Part shown: in pieces, positions 1-8,214 of the stretch
Layout: every line of letters starts with the position of its first letter
How positions within the stretch are numbered: the first letter of the stretch is position 1
IMG/VR virus record: IMGVR_UViG_3300011441_000013
Span: 1 to 54,528 of that record
Length of the DNA: 54,528 bases
From: a virus
Lineage: Duplodnaviria > Caudoviricetes
Strand: one strand, 5' to 3'
Position numbers and translations under genes: made by a program
The notes under the pieces: generated by a model
Told to the model about the DNA's origin: nothing
Seen by the model: only the letters and a program-made list of their open reading frames with translations
The model's database searches: none

Positions 1-120
1 CGCCAGGCGGGCCTTGCGAGCGGAAGTCTTAACATACAGCGATGTGGTGCCACTGATTCTGCACTCGGCACCAATCGTCAGCAGGTCGAAGCGGATGTTC
101 TTGAAGAGCATTGGCAGCGT
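1..120. repeat. Terminal direct repeat (circular overlap), copy 1; identical to 54309-54428
   Basis: cgccaggcgg...ttggcagcgt is the same 120 nt at both ends; implies a ~54,308 bp circular/permuted genome. Confidence 0.95.
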
Positions 121-135
121 CTGGTTCGTGGTCAT
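1..135 (-). CDS. 5' part of early hypothetical protein that wraps the origin (135->1, then 54308->53796; 215 aa, MTTNQTLPMLFKN...)
   Basis: ATG at 135 after a purine-rich leader, in frame with ORF 53796..54440. Confidence 0.8.
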   Translation of the reverse strand, partial: MTTNQTLPMLFKNIRFDLLTIGAECRISGTTSLYVKTSARKARLA

Positions 136-149
136 TTTCGTTTCTCTTT

Positions 150-193
150 GTCGTCTGCGTGCTGCCTAGTCCATCCAGGCCAACAGCAACGAC
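150..193 (-). promoter_or_regulatory. 5' leader RNA hairpin with AUGGA loop (copy 1)
   Basis: GTCGTTGCTGTTG-GCCTGG-ATGGA-CTAGGC-AGCACGCAG-ACGAC; same length and layout as 2235-2278 with compensatory changes. Confidence 0.75.
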
Positions 194-199
194 ATAGCC

Positions 200-228
200 A
201 TTATCTCAAAGTAAAAGGATAGAGTAAA
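200..228 (-). promoter_or_regulatory. Sigma70-type early promoter P1
   Basis: TTTACT-17 nt-GATAAT; spacer contains TCCTTTTA shared with P2 and P3. Confidence 0.75.
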
Positions 229-285
229 GCAAAAAGTGAGCGTTGAACGAAACATTCTGCAAAGCTCTTTGCCCTCTATAACTTA

Positions 286-319
286 GAAGGCCGCAGGGAC
301 AAGGGTTCCTGCGGCCTTC
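286..319 (-). terminator. Strong hairpin downstream of the DUF932-like gene, probable terminator
   Basis: GAAGGCCGCAGGGAC-AAGG-GTTCCTGCGGCCTTC; second hairpin at 321-341; U-tract weak. Confidence 0.55.
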
Positions 320-366
320 CGACAGGCCGTAGCAGCCTGTCCCTGCGTCGTAGGTCTAGGCCGCTA

Positions 367-1482
367 CTACGCTGCGACCGCCTCCGAGATTCGCTTCCAC
401 TCACGCTGGTCGAGAGCCAGCACCTTGCCGCCCGCGCGCTCCAGCTCCGTCGCGGATTCGTAGTCTCCCGTCGTGTTCGCCAGCGCGGTGATGGCGGAAG
501 AGAGACCCCAGGCTGTCAGGTCGCCGCCGCGAGCCAGCTGCGTCAGGATGCCTGACGCCGCTCTCTCCGGCAACGCCAGCTGTTCGACGATCGCATCCAC
601 GACCGCCGGCAGATCGTTCGAGATAATGCGATTGCCCGCAGCCGAGCGAATCAGCGCGACCGCAGACTCGAAGATCTTCCGATCGAACGCGGCGTTCGTC
701 ACGTCGCCGACCTTCAACCAGAATGCCTTGTCGTTCGCCTCGCGCGTCTCGTCGCGGTAGATGCTCAAGTCCTCCTGCGCCTCGAACGCGCGACCGATGT
801 GATACTTCCGCATCGCCGCCTGGCTGATGATCGCGAGGTTCGTGCACCAGGTGGTGAAGACGGATGGCTCGACTCGGAGAGTTCCAGCGCCGACCTCCGA
901 GTTCGAGATGACGATCGCGGCGACCACCTTGCCGGGCTGGTTGCCACGATACTCCGCGACTGCCGCGTGACCTGAACCCCACACGGCGCCCGCCGGCAGA
1001 TCGTCGGAGAGGTCTGGCAGGATCCCCTTGATGTACATCCGCGTCTCGGTCAGCTCGCAGCTGGTGATCTGGACGTTCAGCTCGACGAGCTTCGGCAGCA
1101 CCGCTTCGGCGAGCTCGAAGTTGTCGAGCGGCCGAAACTTTTGACTCATGAACGCGCGGACTTCGCCGCCGAGCGTTCTGACCATCCGCTTCTCGGCGCC
1201 TGCGGCCTTCAGCCACGTGTTCATGTTCTCGGCGAGCAGCGCCGGCTGCTCGCTTCGCATGCGCTCGTAATACTTCTGCGGGATGGCAAGGTGGTCTGCC
1301 ACCTGTCGGTGAGCGTGCGGCGTGAGCGTGAGCGGCTGTCCGTTGAGACCGTCGATCACGATGCCCCGCGTGCCATCGGCGACCACGCGGAGCTTCTCCT
1401 GCGGCGCGATGAAGTCCTTGCGGGTCTGCCGCTGCCGTTCGAGTTCGTCAGCGAGTGACTGGAGCGTGCGTCCTGAGTTCAT
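367..1482 (-). CDS. DUF932/DUF945-like phage protein
   Basis: Start MNSGRTL with AAGGAG RBS; motifs RAFMSQKFRPLDN, ISNSEVG and CTN typical of DUF932. Confidence 0.75.
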   Translation of the reverse strand: MNSGRTLQSLADELERQRQTRKDFIAPQEKLRVVADGTRGIVIDGLNGQPLTLTPHAHRQVADHLAIPQKYYERMRSEQPALLAENMNTWLKAAGAEKRMVRTLGGEVRAFMSQKFRPLDNFELAEAVLPKLVELNVQITSCELTETRMYIKGILPDLSDDLPAGAVWGSGHAAVAEYRGNQPGKVVAAIVISNSEVGAGTLRVEPSVFTTWCTNLAIISQAAMRKYHIGRAFEAQEDLSIYRDETREANDKAFWLKVGDVTNAAFDRKIFESAVALIRSAAGNRIISNDLPAVVDAIVEQLALPERAASGILTQLARGGDLTAWGLSSAITALANTTGDYESATELERAGGKVLALDQREWKRISEAVAA

Positions 1483-1558
1483 CTTCGTATCTCCTTCAGA
1501 TGCTGCCTGCCCGACCCTCGCGTGATTGCGGGCGGTCGAGTTGCAGCTGTTGGCTTGT

Positions 1559-1972
1559 CTAGAGAGTCTTTCGATTGTCGCGCAGACTTGCACGAGCGCC
1601 ACAGCGGCATGCCGACTGTGACGTGTAGTCGGTGTTACATCTGATGCAGCGTCGTGGACTTTCCGCCTCCTTCGGCATCGACTGATCGTGAATGACGCGG
1701 TCCATCAGCTCACCACTTCTTCCGTCGAACAGTTCGTGCATAATCTTCCCGGTCTCGTCGATCGAAGAGACGAGATATCCTAGCAGCGTCTTCGAACCGA
1801 TCGAGTCTGGTGTCGTGGCTGCGCCGAAGTTAGGCGCTGTCGTCTTGAGGCGCTCGATCTCCTTGATGTGGGCATCGACGAGCGCGTTCATCCGATCTTC
1901 AGGGATCTCGTCGAGCGCTTCTCGAAGCGGAACGGACGTCTTGCGGACTTTGGCGTCGATCTTCTTGGCCAT
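1559..1972 (-). CDS. Hypothetical protein with C-terminal CxxC...CxC zinc finger
   Basis: ORF coupled to upstream gene; CIRCNTDYTSQSACRCG. Confidence 0.65.
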   Translation of the reverse strand: MAKKIDAKVRKTSVPLREALDEIPEDRMNALVDAHIKEIERLKTTAPNFGAATTPDSIGSKTLLGYLVSSIDETGKIMHELFDGRSGELMDRVIHDQSMPKEAESPRRCIRCNTDYTSQSACRCGARASLRDNRKTL

Positions 1973-2220
1973 CAGCTCACCACTTCTTCCAGCGTGCGGA
2001 GGGTCGTCTTCGTCGCGTCAATCTTCGCGGCAAGTTCTTGGAGGTTCTGACAGTTGGCGGCGAGGTTGAAGGGCGTGTGCGTTGAGAAGTGATCGCGGAC
2101 TTCGGCGTCTTCGATTCCGAGGCGAGCGCGTTCGGCGATGCTTGCAAGTTCCTGCACGTATCTGAGTTGAAGTTTGGTGAGTTCGCGCTTGAAGGCTTCG
2201 ATCGTCTGGAGGATGGTCAT
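1972..2220 (-). CDS. Hypothetical early coiled-coil protein (MTILQTIEAF...)
   Basis: ATG at 2220 directly downstream of promoter P2 and its leader hairpin. Confidence 0.7.
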   Translation of the reverse strand: MTILQTIEAFKRELTKLQLRYVQELASIAERARLGIEDAEVRDHFSTHTPFNLAANCQNLQELAAKIDATKTTLRTLEEVVS

Positions 2221-2234
2221 GTGCGTCTCTCTTG

Positions 2235-2278
2235 GTCGTCTGCACCCTGCTTGGTCCATCCAAGCCAAGGACAACGAC
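2235..2278 (-). promoter_or_regulatory. 5' leader RNA hairpin with AUGGA loop (copy 2)
   Basis: GTCGTTGTCCTTG-GCTTGG-ATGGA-CCAAGC-AGGGTGCAG-ACGAC. Confidence 0.75.
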
Positions 2279-2285
2279 TAAGGAG

Positions 2286-2314
2286 AGTGTATAACAAGAT
2301 AAAAGGAATGTAAA
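2286..2314 (-). promoter_or_regulatory. Sigma70-type early promoter P2
   Basis: TTTACA-ttccttttatcttgtta(17)-TACACT. Confidence 0.75.
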
Positions 2315-2377
2315 GCACTTTGTTTTGAGCCAGATCAGGCTCAAATGCAGCGAGAAAGATCCTACTGTATTTTGCCC

Positions 2378-2393
2378 AAATCTGTGATAAGAT
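2378..2393 (+). promoter_or_regulatory. Extended -10 type rightward promoter for the replication operon
   Basis: AAATCTGTGA-TAAGAT; the 12-mer AAATCTGTGATA recurs at 5712-5723. Confidence 0.55.
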
Positions 2394-2483
2394 GGCCCCC
2401 GCTTGGCGGGCCAACCGGCCCGGCAATCACGGTTCCGGTGTCGACACCTCCACCGAGCTGCGGCCAAGCTCCAACCAACCGGG

Positions 2484-2696
2484 GTGTTCGTGTTCGTCAC
2501 ATGGCTCTTCGCCCAAACTTTTCGGACTGACGTCGTCGGTCGTCTTGCGAAGCTCGCACAAGACAGCCAACGCTTTCCGCCTCCGCGCGTCTGGCGGCTC
2601 TACGCTTTTCTTCACTGGGCCGCCGACGATGAGACGTTGCGCTCCGCAGTCAAGCAAGCACACAATGAGTGGCGTCGACTGCGAGCGCAGCGATGA
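2484..2696 (+). CDS. YozE SAM-like small protein
   Basis: FVTWLFAQTFRTDVVGRLAKLAQDSQRFP...AHNEW resembles the YozE pattern; ATGA-coupled to the primase; start GTG 2484 or 2490. Confidence 0.55.
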   Translation: MFVFVTWLFAQTFRTDVVGRLAKLAQDSQRFPPPRVWRLYAFLHWAADDETLRSAVKQAHNEWRRLRAQR

Positions 2697-3739
2697 ACCC
2701 CGCCAAGTGGTTCCTTGATAACGGCATCCGCGTCTTTCCGATCAAGACGCGGGACAAGGTCCCAGCCTGCGCGTCGTGGGACGACTACAACGCGACGTCT
2801 GAAGAAGTCACCACGTGGGTCAACTACGGCGTTTGTCTTGGATTGCTTGGCGTCATCGACAGCGACACGCCTGAGGTCGAAGCCTGGACATCGAAGCATG
2901 CACCTCAGACCCCGTTCGTCGTCAAGACTGCTCGCGGACTTCATCGCTACTACCGACTGATCGGTGCGACGACGCACTTCATTCACCGAGCCGGACATAC
3001 GATAGAGTTCCGCAATCATGGTCAGTATGTTGTCGGACCAGGATCCGTTCATTCCTCAGGCTTCGTCTACACAGCGGAGAAATGGAGCTGGCAGATACGC
3101 GACGTTCCATTCTTCCCTGTGAACGACTTCCACTGGGACGATCGCTCGATCGAGCATCGCGGCTCTGCCGACGGTCAGCCGCTCATCCTGCCGCCCGCCA
3201 TTCATACAGGCGAGCGTCACGATCTGCTCTTCAAGCTCATGCGCTCATTGCAAGCTCGCGGCGTCGCGGACGTCGAGCAGATTCTCACGATCCTCAAGGC
3301 AGAGAACAAGGCGAAGTGCGTGCCGCCTCTCGATGAGGGTGAGCTGACGCGATACATCAGGCGTGTCGCCCGCTACAAGGACAGACCCGAGTTCACTCGT
3401 CAAGAGATCCTCGACCCAGAGGAGAGCGGGGCTGAGCTCGCCGGCGAGCTGATTGAGATCGGCGTCAGTCCCGCGGCAGCGGTCGAGGCAGCAAAGGCGC
3501 TCGACGTGAAGTTCGATCCCACCGGCGCCGCTCCGTCGAATGAGAAGCGACTCAAGGCGGAGAAGAAGATCGCCAGACTCGAGGCGAGGCTCGCCAAGGA
3601 AAAAGCGAACCTAGATGCCGTTGAACATCCTCTTGACGATGACTCAGACGTCATCGACTGGCCAGAGGCCGATGATGACGAGGTTCACGATGCGTCAGAA
3701 CTCATCGGTGGCGTAGACGACGTCGAGGAGATCGAGTGA
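2693..3739 (+). CDS. Bifunctional primase-polymerase (Prim-Pol) with PriCT-type domain
   Basis: VFPI..RDKVP, NYGV, VIDSD, TARGLHRYY, GQYVVGPGSVH; G-ERHD..F and N..KCVPPL PriCT motifs; acidic tail. Confidence 0.9.
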   Translation: MNPAKWFLDNGIRVFPIKTRDKVPACASWDDYNATSEEVTTWVNYGVCLGLLGVIDSDTPEVEAWTSKHAPQTPFVVKTARGLHRYYRLIGATTHFIHRAGHTIEFRNHGQYVVGPGSVHSSGFVYTAEKWSWQIRDVPFFPVNDFHWDDRSIEHRGSADGQPLILPPAIHTGERHDLLFKLMRSLQARGVADVEQILTILKAENKAKCVPPLDEGELTRYIRRVARYKDRPEFTRQEILDPEESGAELAGELIEIGVSPAAAVEAAKALDVKFDPTGAAPSNEKRLKAEKKIARLEARLAKEKANLDAVEHPLDDDSDVIDWPEADDDEVHDASELIGGVDDVEEIE

Positions 3740-5091
3740 CCGTCGCCGACCTCAATCAATCATATGCCATCGTCGGCGTCGGCAACCGCACGGTCATCAT
3801 GGAGCTTGGCGTCGATCGGTCGATCGTCGAGTTATGGGACTTCGATCACTTCAGAAAGAAGCTCATCAAGGAAACTGTCCGCGTGCGCCTTCCTGATGGC
3901 AAGATCAAGGTGATGGGGCTGGCGGACTTCTGGCTCAAGCATCGTCAAGGTCGTCAGTACAACAAGCTCGTCTATGCCATGCCAGGCTCTCGTCAGCAGG
4001 CAGGACCAAACGACTACAACGGGTGGCAGGGATTCTCCGTCGAGCCGAAGCCTGGCTGCTGGGACCTCAACCGCGAGCACATTCGTCACATCATCTGCAA
4101 CGGCGATCCATTCGCCTTCAAGTGGGTGATGAACTGGAGCGCTGCACTGATTCAATTTCCCGGACGCCACGCCTGGGTCGCGCTCGTCATGAAGAGCGGG
4201 CAAGGCACCGGCAAGGGGCACTACGCCAACAACATGATCGGTCGTCTCTTCGGCCCTCAGCAATACATCCACATCTTGGGCAGTGGTCAGCTGACCGGAG
4301 AACACAACGAGCACCTCTCGGGCAAGTGCTTCGTCTTCGCCGATGAGAGCACCTGGGGCGGAGATCCCAGAGCCGCAGCAAAGATCAAGGGCCTCATCAC
4401 CGAGGACACGACGCCCATCCATCGAAAGTTCCTGAAGATCGTCGACGAGCCCTCCATGTTGCACATCTGCATCGCCAGCAACAACGAGTGGCCCATTCCG
4501 ATTGAGCCAGGCGACCGTCGATTCACGGTCCTCGAGGTCTCGGAAGAGAAGAAGCAAGATCAGAGATACTTTGGCCAGCTCCTCGCCGAGCTGAAGAACG
4601 GCGGCCACGCGGCCATGCTCGCCGAGCTTCTGGAACATGAGATCGACGACGACATGCTCCGCATCCCCTACAACACAGACGCGAAGGCAAGCGTCGCCAT
4701 TCATACACTGAAACCAGTCGAGCATTGGTGGTTCTCGTTGCTCCAGCGTGGTGCAATCATCAACGAAGAGTGGCCATACACGATGGTGAAGCGCAATCTG
4801 CACGACAACTACATGGCGTTTCTCGATCGTTATCATCCACACAATCGGGAACGCAAGTCGACTGAAATGGAGCTTGGTTGGTTCTTGAAGCGGCACGCTC
4901 CCATCACGCAGCAGAAGACGCTCAATGGCAAGTCAGAACGTGTGGTCACCATCCCTCCTCTTGATGTTTGTCGCCTCGAGTGGCTGAAGTCAGTCGGCTG
5001 GAGGCTGACATATACGTGGAAGGTCGACGATGAAGTTGAGCCTGAAGATGACGGTGGGCCGCCGCCGCCGAAGGACCTCGAGGAGATGTAA
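3736..5091 (+). CDS. Primase-associated SF3/D5-type helicase (DUF5906-like)
   Basis: Walker A GQGTGKG, Walker B VFADE, IASN, DRRF. Confidence 0.85.
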   Translation: MTVADLNQSYAIVGVGNRTVIMELGVDRSIVELWDFDHFRKKLIKETVRVRLPDGKIKVMGLADFWLKHRQGRQYNKLVYAMPGSRQQAGPNDYNGWQGFSVEPKPGCWDLNREHIRHIICNGDPFAFKWVMNWSAALIQFPGRHAWVALVMKSGQGTGKGHYANNMIGRLFGPQQYIHILGSGQLTGEHNEHLSGKCFVFADESTWGGDPRAAAKIKGLITEDTTPIHRKFLKIVDEPSMLHICIASNNEWPIPIEPGDRRFTVLEVSEEKKQDQRYFGQLLAELKNGGHAAMLAELLEHEIDDDMLRIPYNTDAKASVAIHTLKPVEHWWFSLLQRGAIINEEWPYTMVKRNLHDNYMAFLDRYHPHNRERKSTEMELGWFLKRHAPITQQKTLNGKSERVVTIPPLDVCRLEWLKSVGWRLTYTWKVDDEVEPEDDGGPPPPKDLEEM

Positions 5092-5093
5092 TC

Positions 5094-5327
5094 ATGGACA
5101 AGACCATCGAAGAACTCTACGAGCATGCGGCCGCCATCTGGGGTCGCAGCCGCATCGTCGTGGTGAACCACTTCACCGATCGAGTGGAAGTGCACCTTCG
5201 AGTGCCGGGCGTCGGTGACGGCGTGTTGGTCAGCGACACTCGCGAGCGCTGGCTCTCGGTTCATGCGCTCGACGCCGCAGGCAACATCACGTGCCACGAC
5301 GATTGCAAGCGACTGGCCCCTGGTTAA
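5094..5327 (+). CDS. Hypothetical protein
   Basis: ORF with GAGGAG RBS following the helicase. Confidence 0.6.
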   Translation: MDKTIEELYEHAAAIWGRSRIVVVNHFTDRVEVHLRVPGVGDGVLVSDTRERWLSVHALDAAGNITCHDDCKRLAPG

Positions 5328-5625
5328 CGACCTCTAACAGCTTTAACGACTACGCGCTGGGGGCTTCGGGCAGCGAATTCTGGCTCATTCTTCTTCAACT
5401 TAACAGCTTTAACAGCTTTAACAACTAATATAGAATGCTAGAAGGAATATAGGTTTTGATTCATGGAAGTCATGGCGTCGTGGCGTCGTTTGTAGAATCT
5501 CTATATGGTTGGCAGCCGTTATGGCTGTTAAAGCTGGTAAGGCTGTTAAGTTGAGTAGGAAAGAGCCAGAATACGTCGGCGAAGCTCCCAGCCAGAAGCT
5601 GTTAAGGCTGTTGGAATGCTGTTAA
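5324..5625. other. Putative replication origin: ~110-130 nt imperfect inverted repeat carrying 9-mer TAACAGCTT iterons
   Basis: Left arm 5324-5432 mirrors right arm ~5494-5625; AT-rich centre; directly downstream of primase/helicase. Confidence 0.65.
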
Positions 5626-5626
5626 G

Positions 5627-5695
5627 GTAAAACCTTTTTCTATAGTCAAAGGTTTTACAATCTAGCATGTTAGTCAAAAGTTTTACCATCTAGCA
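5627..5695. repeat. 25-bp direct repeat plus one inverted half-copy upstream of terS
   Basis: TAGTCAAAGGTTTTACAATCTAGCA (5643-5667), TAGTCAAAAGTTTTACCATCTAGCA (5671-5695), inverted GTAAAACCTTT (5627-5637). Confidence 0.85.
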
Positions 5696-5711
5696 GACTA
5701 CTCAGCCGTCG

Positions 5712-5727
5712 AAATCTGTGATACGCT
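5712..5727 (+). promoter_or_regulatory. Extended -10 type promoter of the packaging operon
   Basis: AAATCTGTGA-TACGCT, 13 nt before the terS GTG. Confidence 0.55.
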
Positions 5728-5740
5728 CCGCTCAGTCCCC

Positions 5741-6316
5741 GTGGCTGATGTTCCAATCCAAGAAGTTCCAGTCGTAGAACGTCCACTCAACGCCCGACAA
5801 GTGGCGTTCGTTCAGGAATACATCATCGACAACAACGGCACTCAGGCGGCGATTCGCGCTGGCTACTCTCCAACTTCTGCTGGAGAGTCGGCCTGTGAGT
5901 TTCTAAAAGATTCTAGGATCGCCGCTGCTGTAGCAAAAGCACAAGCTCAGCGTGCCTCGCGTGTCGGCGTCACACAAGATTCTGTGCTGCATGAGATGTC
6001 GTTGCTCGCCAACGCCTCCGTCGATCATTACTTCGTCGACGAGCACGGCGACTTGAAGGCGAAGCCTGAAGCTCCGGACGGCGCGATCAGAGCGGTGGCT
6101 TCCATCAAGAAGACGACGCGCATGGACAAGGACGACAACATCACGCATACCGTCGAGTTCAAATTGTGGGACAAGCCGGGCTCGCTCAAGTTGATGGGCC
6201 GCCACATCAACCTCTTTCCTGACAGAGTCGAGCACACCGGTGCAGGCGGCGGGCCAATCGAGACGGTGTCGAAGATCGAGCGCGTCATCATCGATCCTGT
6301 GAAGGAGAAGCTGTAG
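5741..6316 (+). CDS. terS: Terminase small subunit
   Basis: LNARQVAFVQEYIIDNNGTQAAIRAGYS (Terminase_2 HTH); KLWDK..L..MGRH. Confidence 0.93.
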   Translation: MADVPIQEVPVVERPLNARQVAFVQEYIIDNNGTQAAIRAGYSPTSAGESACEFLKDSRIAAAVAKAQAQRASRVGVTQDSVLHEMSLLANASVDHYFVDEHGDLKAKPEAPDGAIRAVASIKKTTRMDKDDNITHTVEFKLWDKPGSLKLMGRHINLFPDRVEHTGAGGGPIETVSKIERVIIDPVKEKL

Positions 6317-6549
6317 TGCCGATCTGGGACTATCGATGCGCGAACGACGAGTGTCCGCACATCGTGCTGGACCTCTTCATGTCGCCGGGCGGCGAGGTGC
6401 CGACTCACTGCGGACAGAAGATGGTCAGGATGATTGCTTCGCCGTCATTCGTCGTCAAGGGATTCAGCTCAGCGAACGGCTACAGCGGCGGCCAGACATA
6501 TGAAATCAAGTCGAAGGAAAAGGGCATGCGAGTGGTGGTGAAGTCATGA
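6316..6549 (+). CDS. FmdB-family zinc ribbon protein
   Basis: MPIWDYRC...C...HCG..M.R.I..PSFVVKG. Confidence 0.85.
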   Translation: MPIWDYRCANDECPHIVLDLFMSPGGEVPTHCGQKMVRMIASPSFVVKGFSSANGYSGGQTYEIKSKEKGMRVVVKS

Positions 6550-6716
6550 AGTTCACGCTTGAAATCTATGCGTCGAAGGACGGCTTTCGCTTTCGTCTCA
6601 AGGGACGGAACGGTGAGATCGTCGCCATCGGCGAGAGTTACACACGACGACGTGACGCGGTTCGCGCCGCGCGGAACCTCTGGCCGAAGGGCAGGTTCGC
6701 AGTCAAGCATCTGTGA
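6546..6716 (+). CDS. YegP/DUF1508 family protein (56 aa, not in ORF track)
   Basis: MKFTLEIYASKDGFRFRLKGRNGEIVAIGESYTRRRDA; ATGA overlap. Confidence 0.85.
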   Translation: MKFTLEIYASKDGFRFRLKGRNGEIVAIGESYTRRRDAVRAARNLWPKGRFAVKHL

Positions 6717-6722
6717 TTAGTC

Positions 6723-6887
6723 ATGGCGATCAAGCATGACTACACGCACTGTCGTGTGTGTGGTTGTGAGCTGACGAACAAGGAGATGAACGCGACGGGC
6801 GGCATCTGTCCAGCTTGTGAGCGTAACGAGCGAGACAGAGAAAAGGAGAAGCGCCGACGTGAAGGGCCTGCGGACATAGAGGATTGA
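6723..6887 (+). CDS. Small CxxC...CxxC zinc-finger protein (54 aa, not in ORF track)
   Basis: MAIKHDYTHCRVCGCELT...ICPACERNE; fills the gap to terL. Confidence 0.65.
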   Translation: MAIKHDYTHCRVCGCELTNKEMNATGGICPACERNERDREKEKRRREGPADIED

Positions 6888-6888
6888 A

Positions 6889-8214
6889 ATGGGCCGTACG
6901 CTTCAGATTCCAGTCGCGCGAGCCTTCGTCCCAGTGCTCGCGCCAGCAAGATACAAAGGGCTGTATGGCGGCCGAGGGTCTGCCAAGTCTCATCAGTTTG
7001 CAGGGATGCTGATTGATGATTGCATCGCACATCCTGGCATGCGAGCGGTGTGCATCCGCGAGGTGCAGAGGTCGCTCGAACAGTCCGTCAAGCGGTTGCT
7101 CGAGGACAAGATTCGAACGTTTAGTTTGGGCAATGAGTTCAGAGTGATGAACACGCACATCGAGACTCCAGGCGACGGCATCATCATCTTTCAAGGAATG
7201 CAGAACCATACCGCCGAGAGCATCAAGTCGCTCGAAGGCTATCGCCGCGCGTGGGTGGAAGAGGCGCAGTCGCTGAGCGCACATTCGCTCACACTGCTGC
7301 GGCCAACCATTCGTGAGGAAGATTCCGAGATCTGGTTCTCGTGGAATCCTCGTCATGCATCGGACCCCGTCGACGTGTTCTTGCGCGGTAAGGTTTCGCC
7401 GCCAAATGCCATCGTCATTGGCACGACGCATCGAGACAACCCGTGGTTCCCCGAAGTGCTCCGCAAGGAGATGGAATGGGATCGAGCGAACGATCCAGAC
7501 AAGTATGCGCACGTGTGGGGTGGCGGCTATGAGAAGCACAGCGAAGCTCGCGTGTTCAAGAACTGGCGGGTGGAAGAATTCGACGTGCCAGCAAACGCCA
7601 ACTTCATGCTGGGTGCTGACTGGGGGTTCTCGATTGACCCCTCGACGCTCGTTCGTTCTTTCGAGCAGCGGGTCAATCCTGCGACGGGCGAGCCTTGGCC
7701 ACGCAAGCGGCTCTACATCACGCACGATCTCTATCAGGTCGGCGTCGAGATAGATCACATGCCGGCGTTCTTCGATGGGCTGGTGTGCGGATGCCGCCTT
7801 CAGGTTGACGGATCTCCGAACCCTGGTGGGTGCCAGGACAAGCCAAACCATGGATGGGCGAGAGCTTGGCCAATCGTCGCGGACTCAGCTCGTCCCGAGA
7901 CGATCTCCTACCTTCGCCGTCATGGCTATGGGCGCATGGAGTCGGCGAAGAAGGGCGCAGGCAGCGTGAAGGAAGGCGTCATCTTTCTTCAAGGCTACGA
8001 CATCATCATTCATCCACGCTGTGTCCACACCATCGATGAGTTCACGAACTACTCGTACAAGACTCAAGAAGTAGTCGATGAGGCTACCGGCATGCTGACG
8101 CTGAAGGCGTTGCCCATCCTCGAAGACAAGAAGAACCACATCATCGATCCAGTACGCTACTCGGCGGAGCAGCTGCGCGGACAGGTCATCGTTCACGAGG
8201 CGGTGTGGGGATGA
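6889..8214 (+). CDS. terL: Terminase large subunit, PBSX/Terminase_3 family
   Basis: YGGRGSAKSH, CIRE, WVEEAQ, FSWNP, GADWG, ADSARPETI, NHIID. Confidence 0.96.
   Translation: MGRTLQIPVARAFVPVLAPARYKGLYGGRGSAKSHQFAGMLIDDCIAHPGMRAVCIREVQRSLEQSVKRLLEDKIRTFSLGNEFRVMNTHIETPGDGIIIFQGMQNHTAESIKSLEGYRRAWVEEAQSLSAHSLTLLRPTIREEDSEIWFSWNPRHASDPVDVFLRGKVSPPNAIVIGTTHRDNPWFPEVLRKEMEWDRANDPDKYAHVWGGGYEKHSEARVFKNWRVEEFDVPANANFMLGADWGFSIDPSTLVRSFEQRVNPATGEPWPRKRLYITHDLYQVGVEIDHMPAFFDGLVCGCRLQVDGSPNPGGCQDKPNHGWARAWPIVADSARPETISYLRRHGYGRMESAKKGAGSVKEGVIFLQGYDIIIHPRCVHTIDEFTNYSYKTQEVVDEATGMLTLKALPILEDKKNHIIDPVRYSAEQLRGQVIVHEAVWG

Noticed and set aside
1500-1550. Bulged hairpin upstream of the DUF932-like gene
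   Set aside because: Single copy with no shared motif; expected by chance at this GC content
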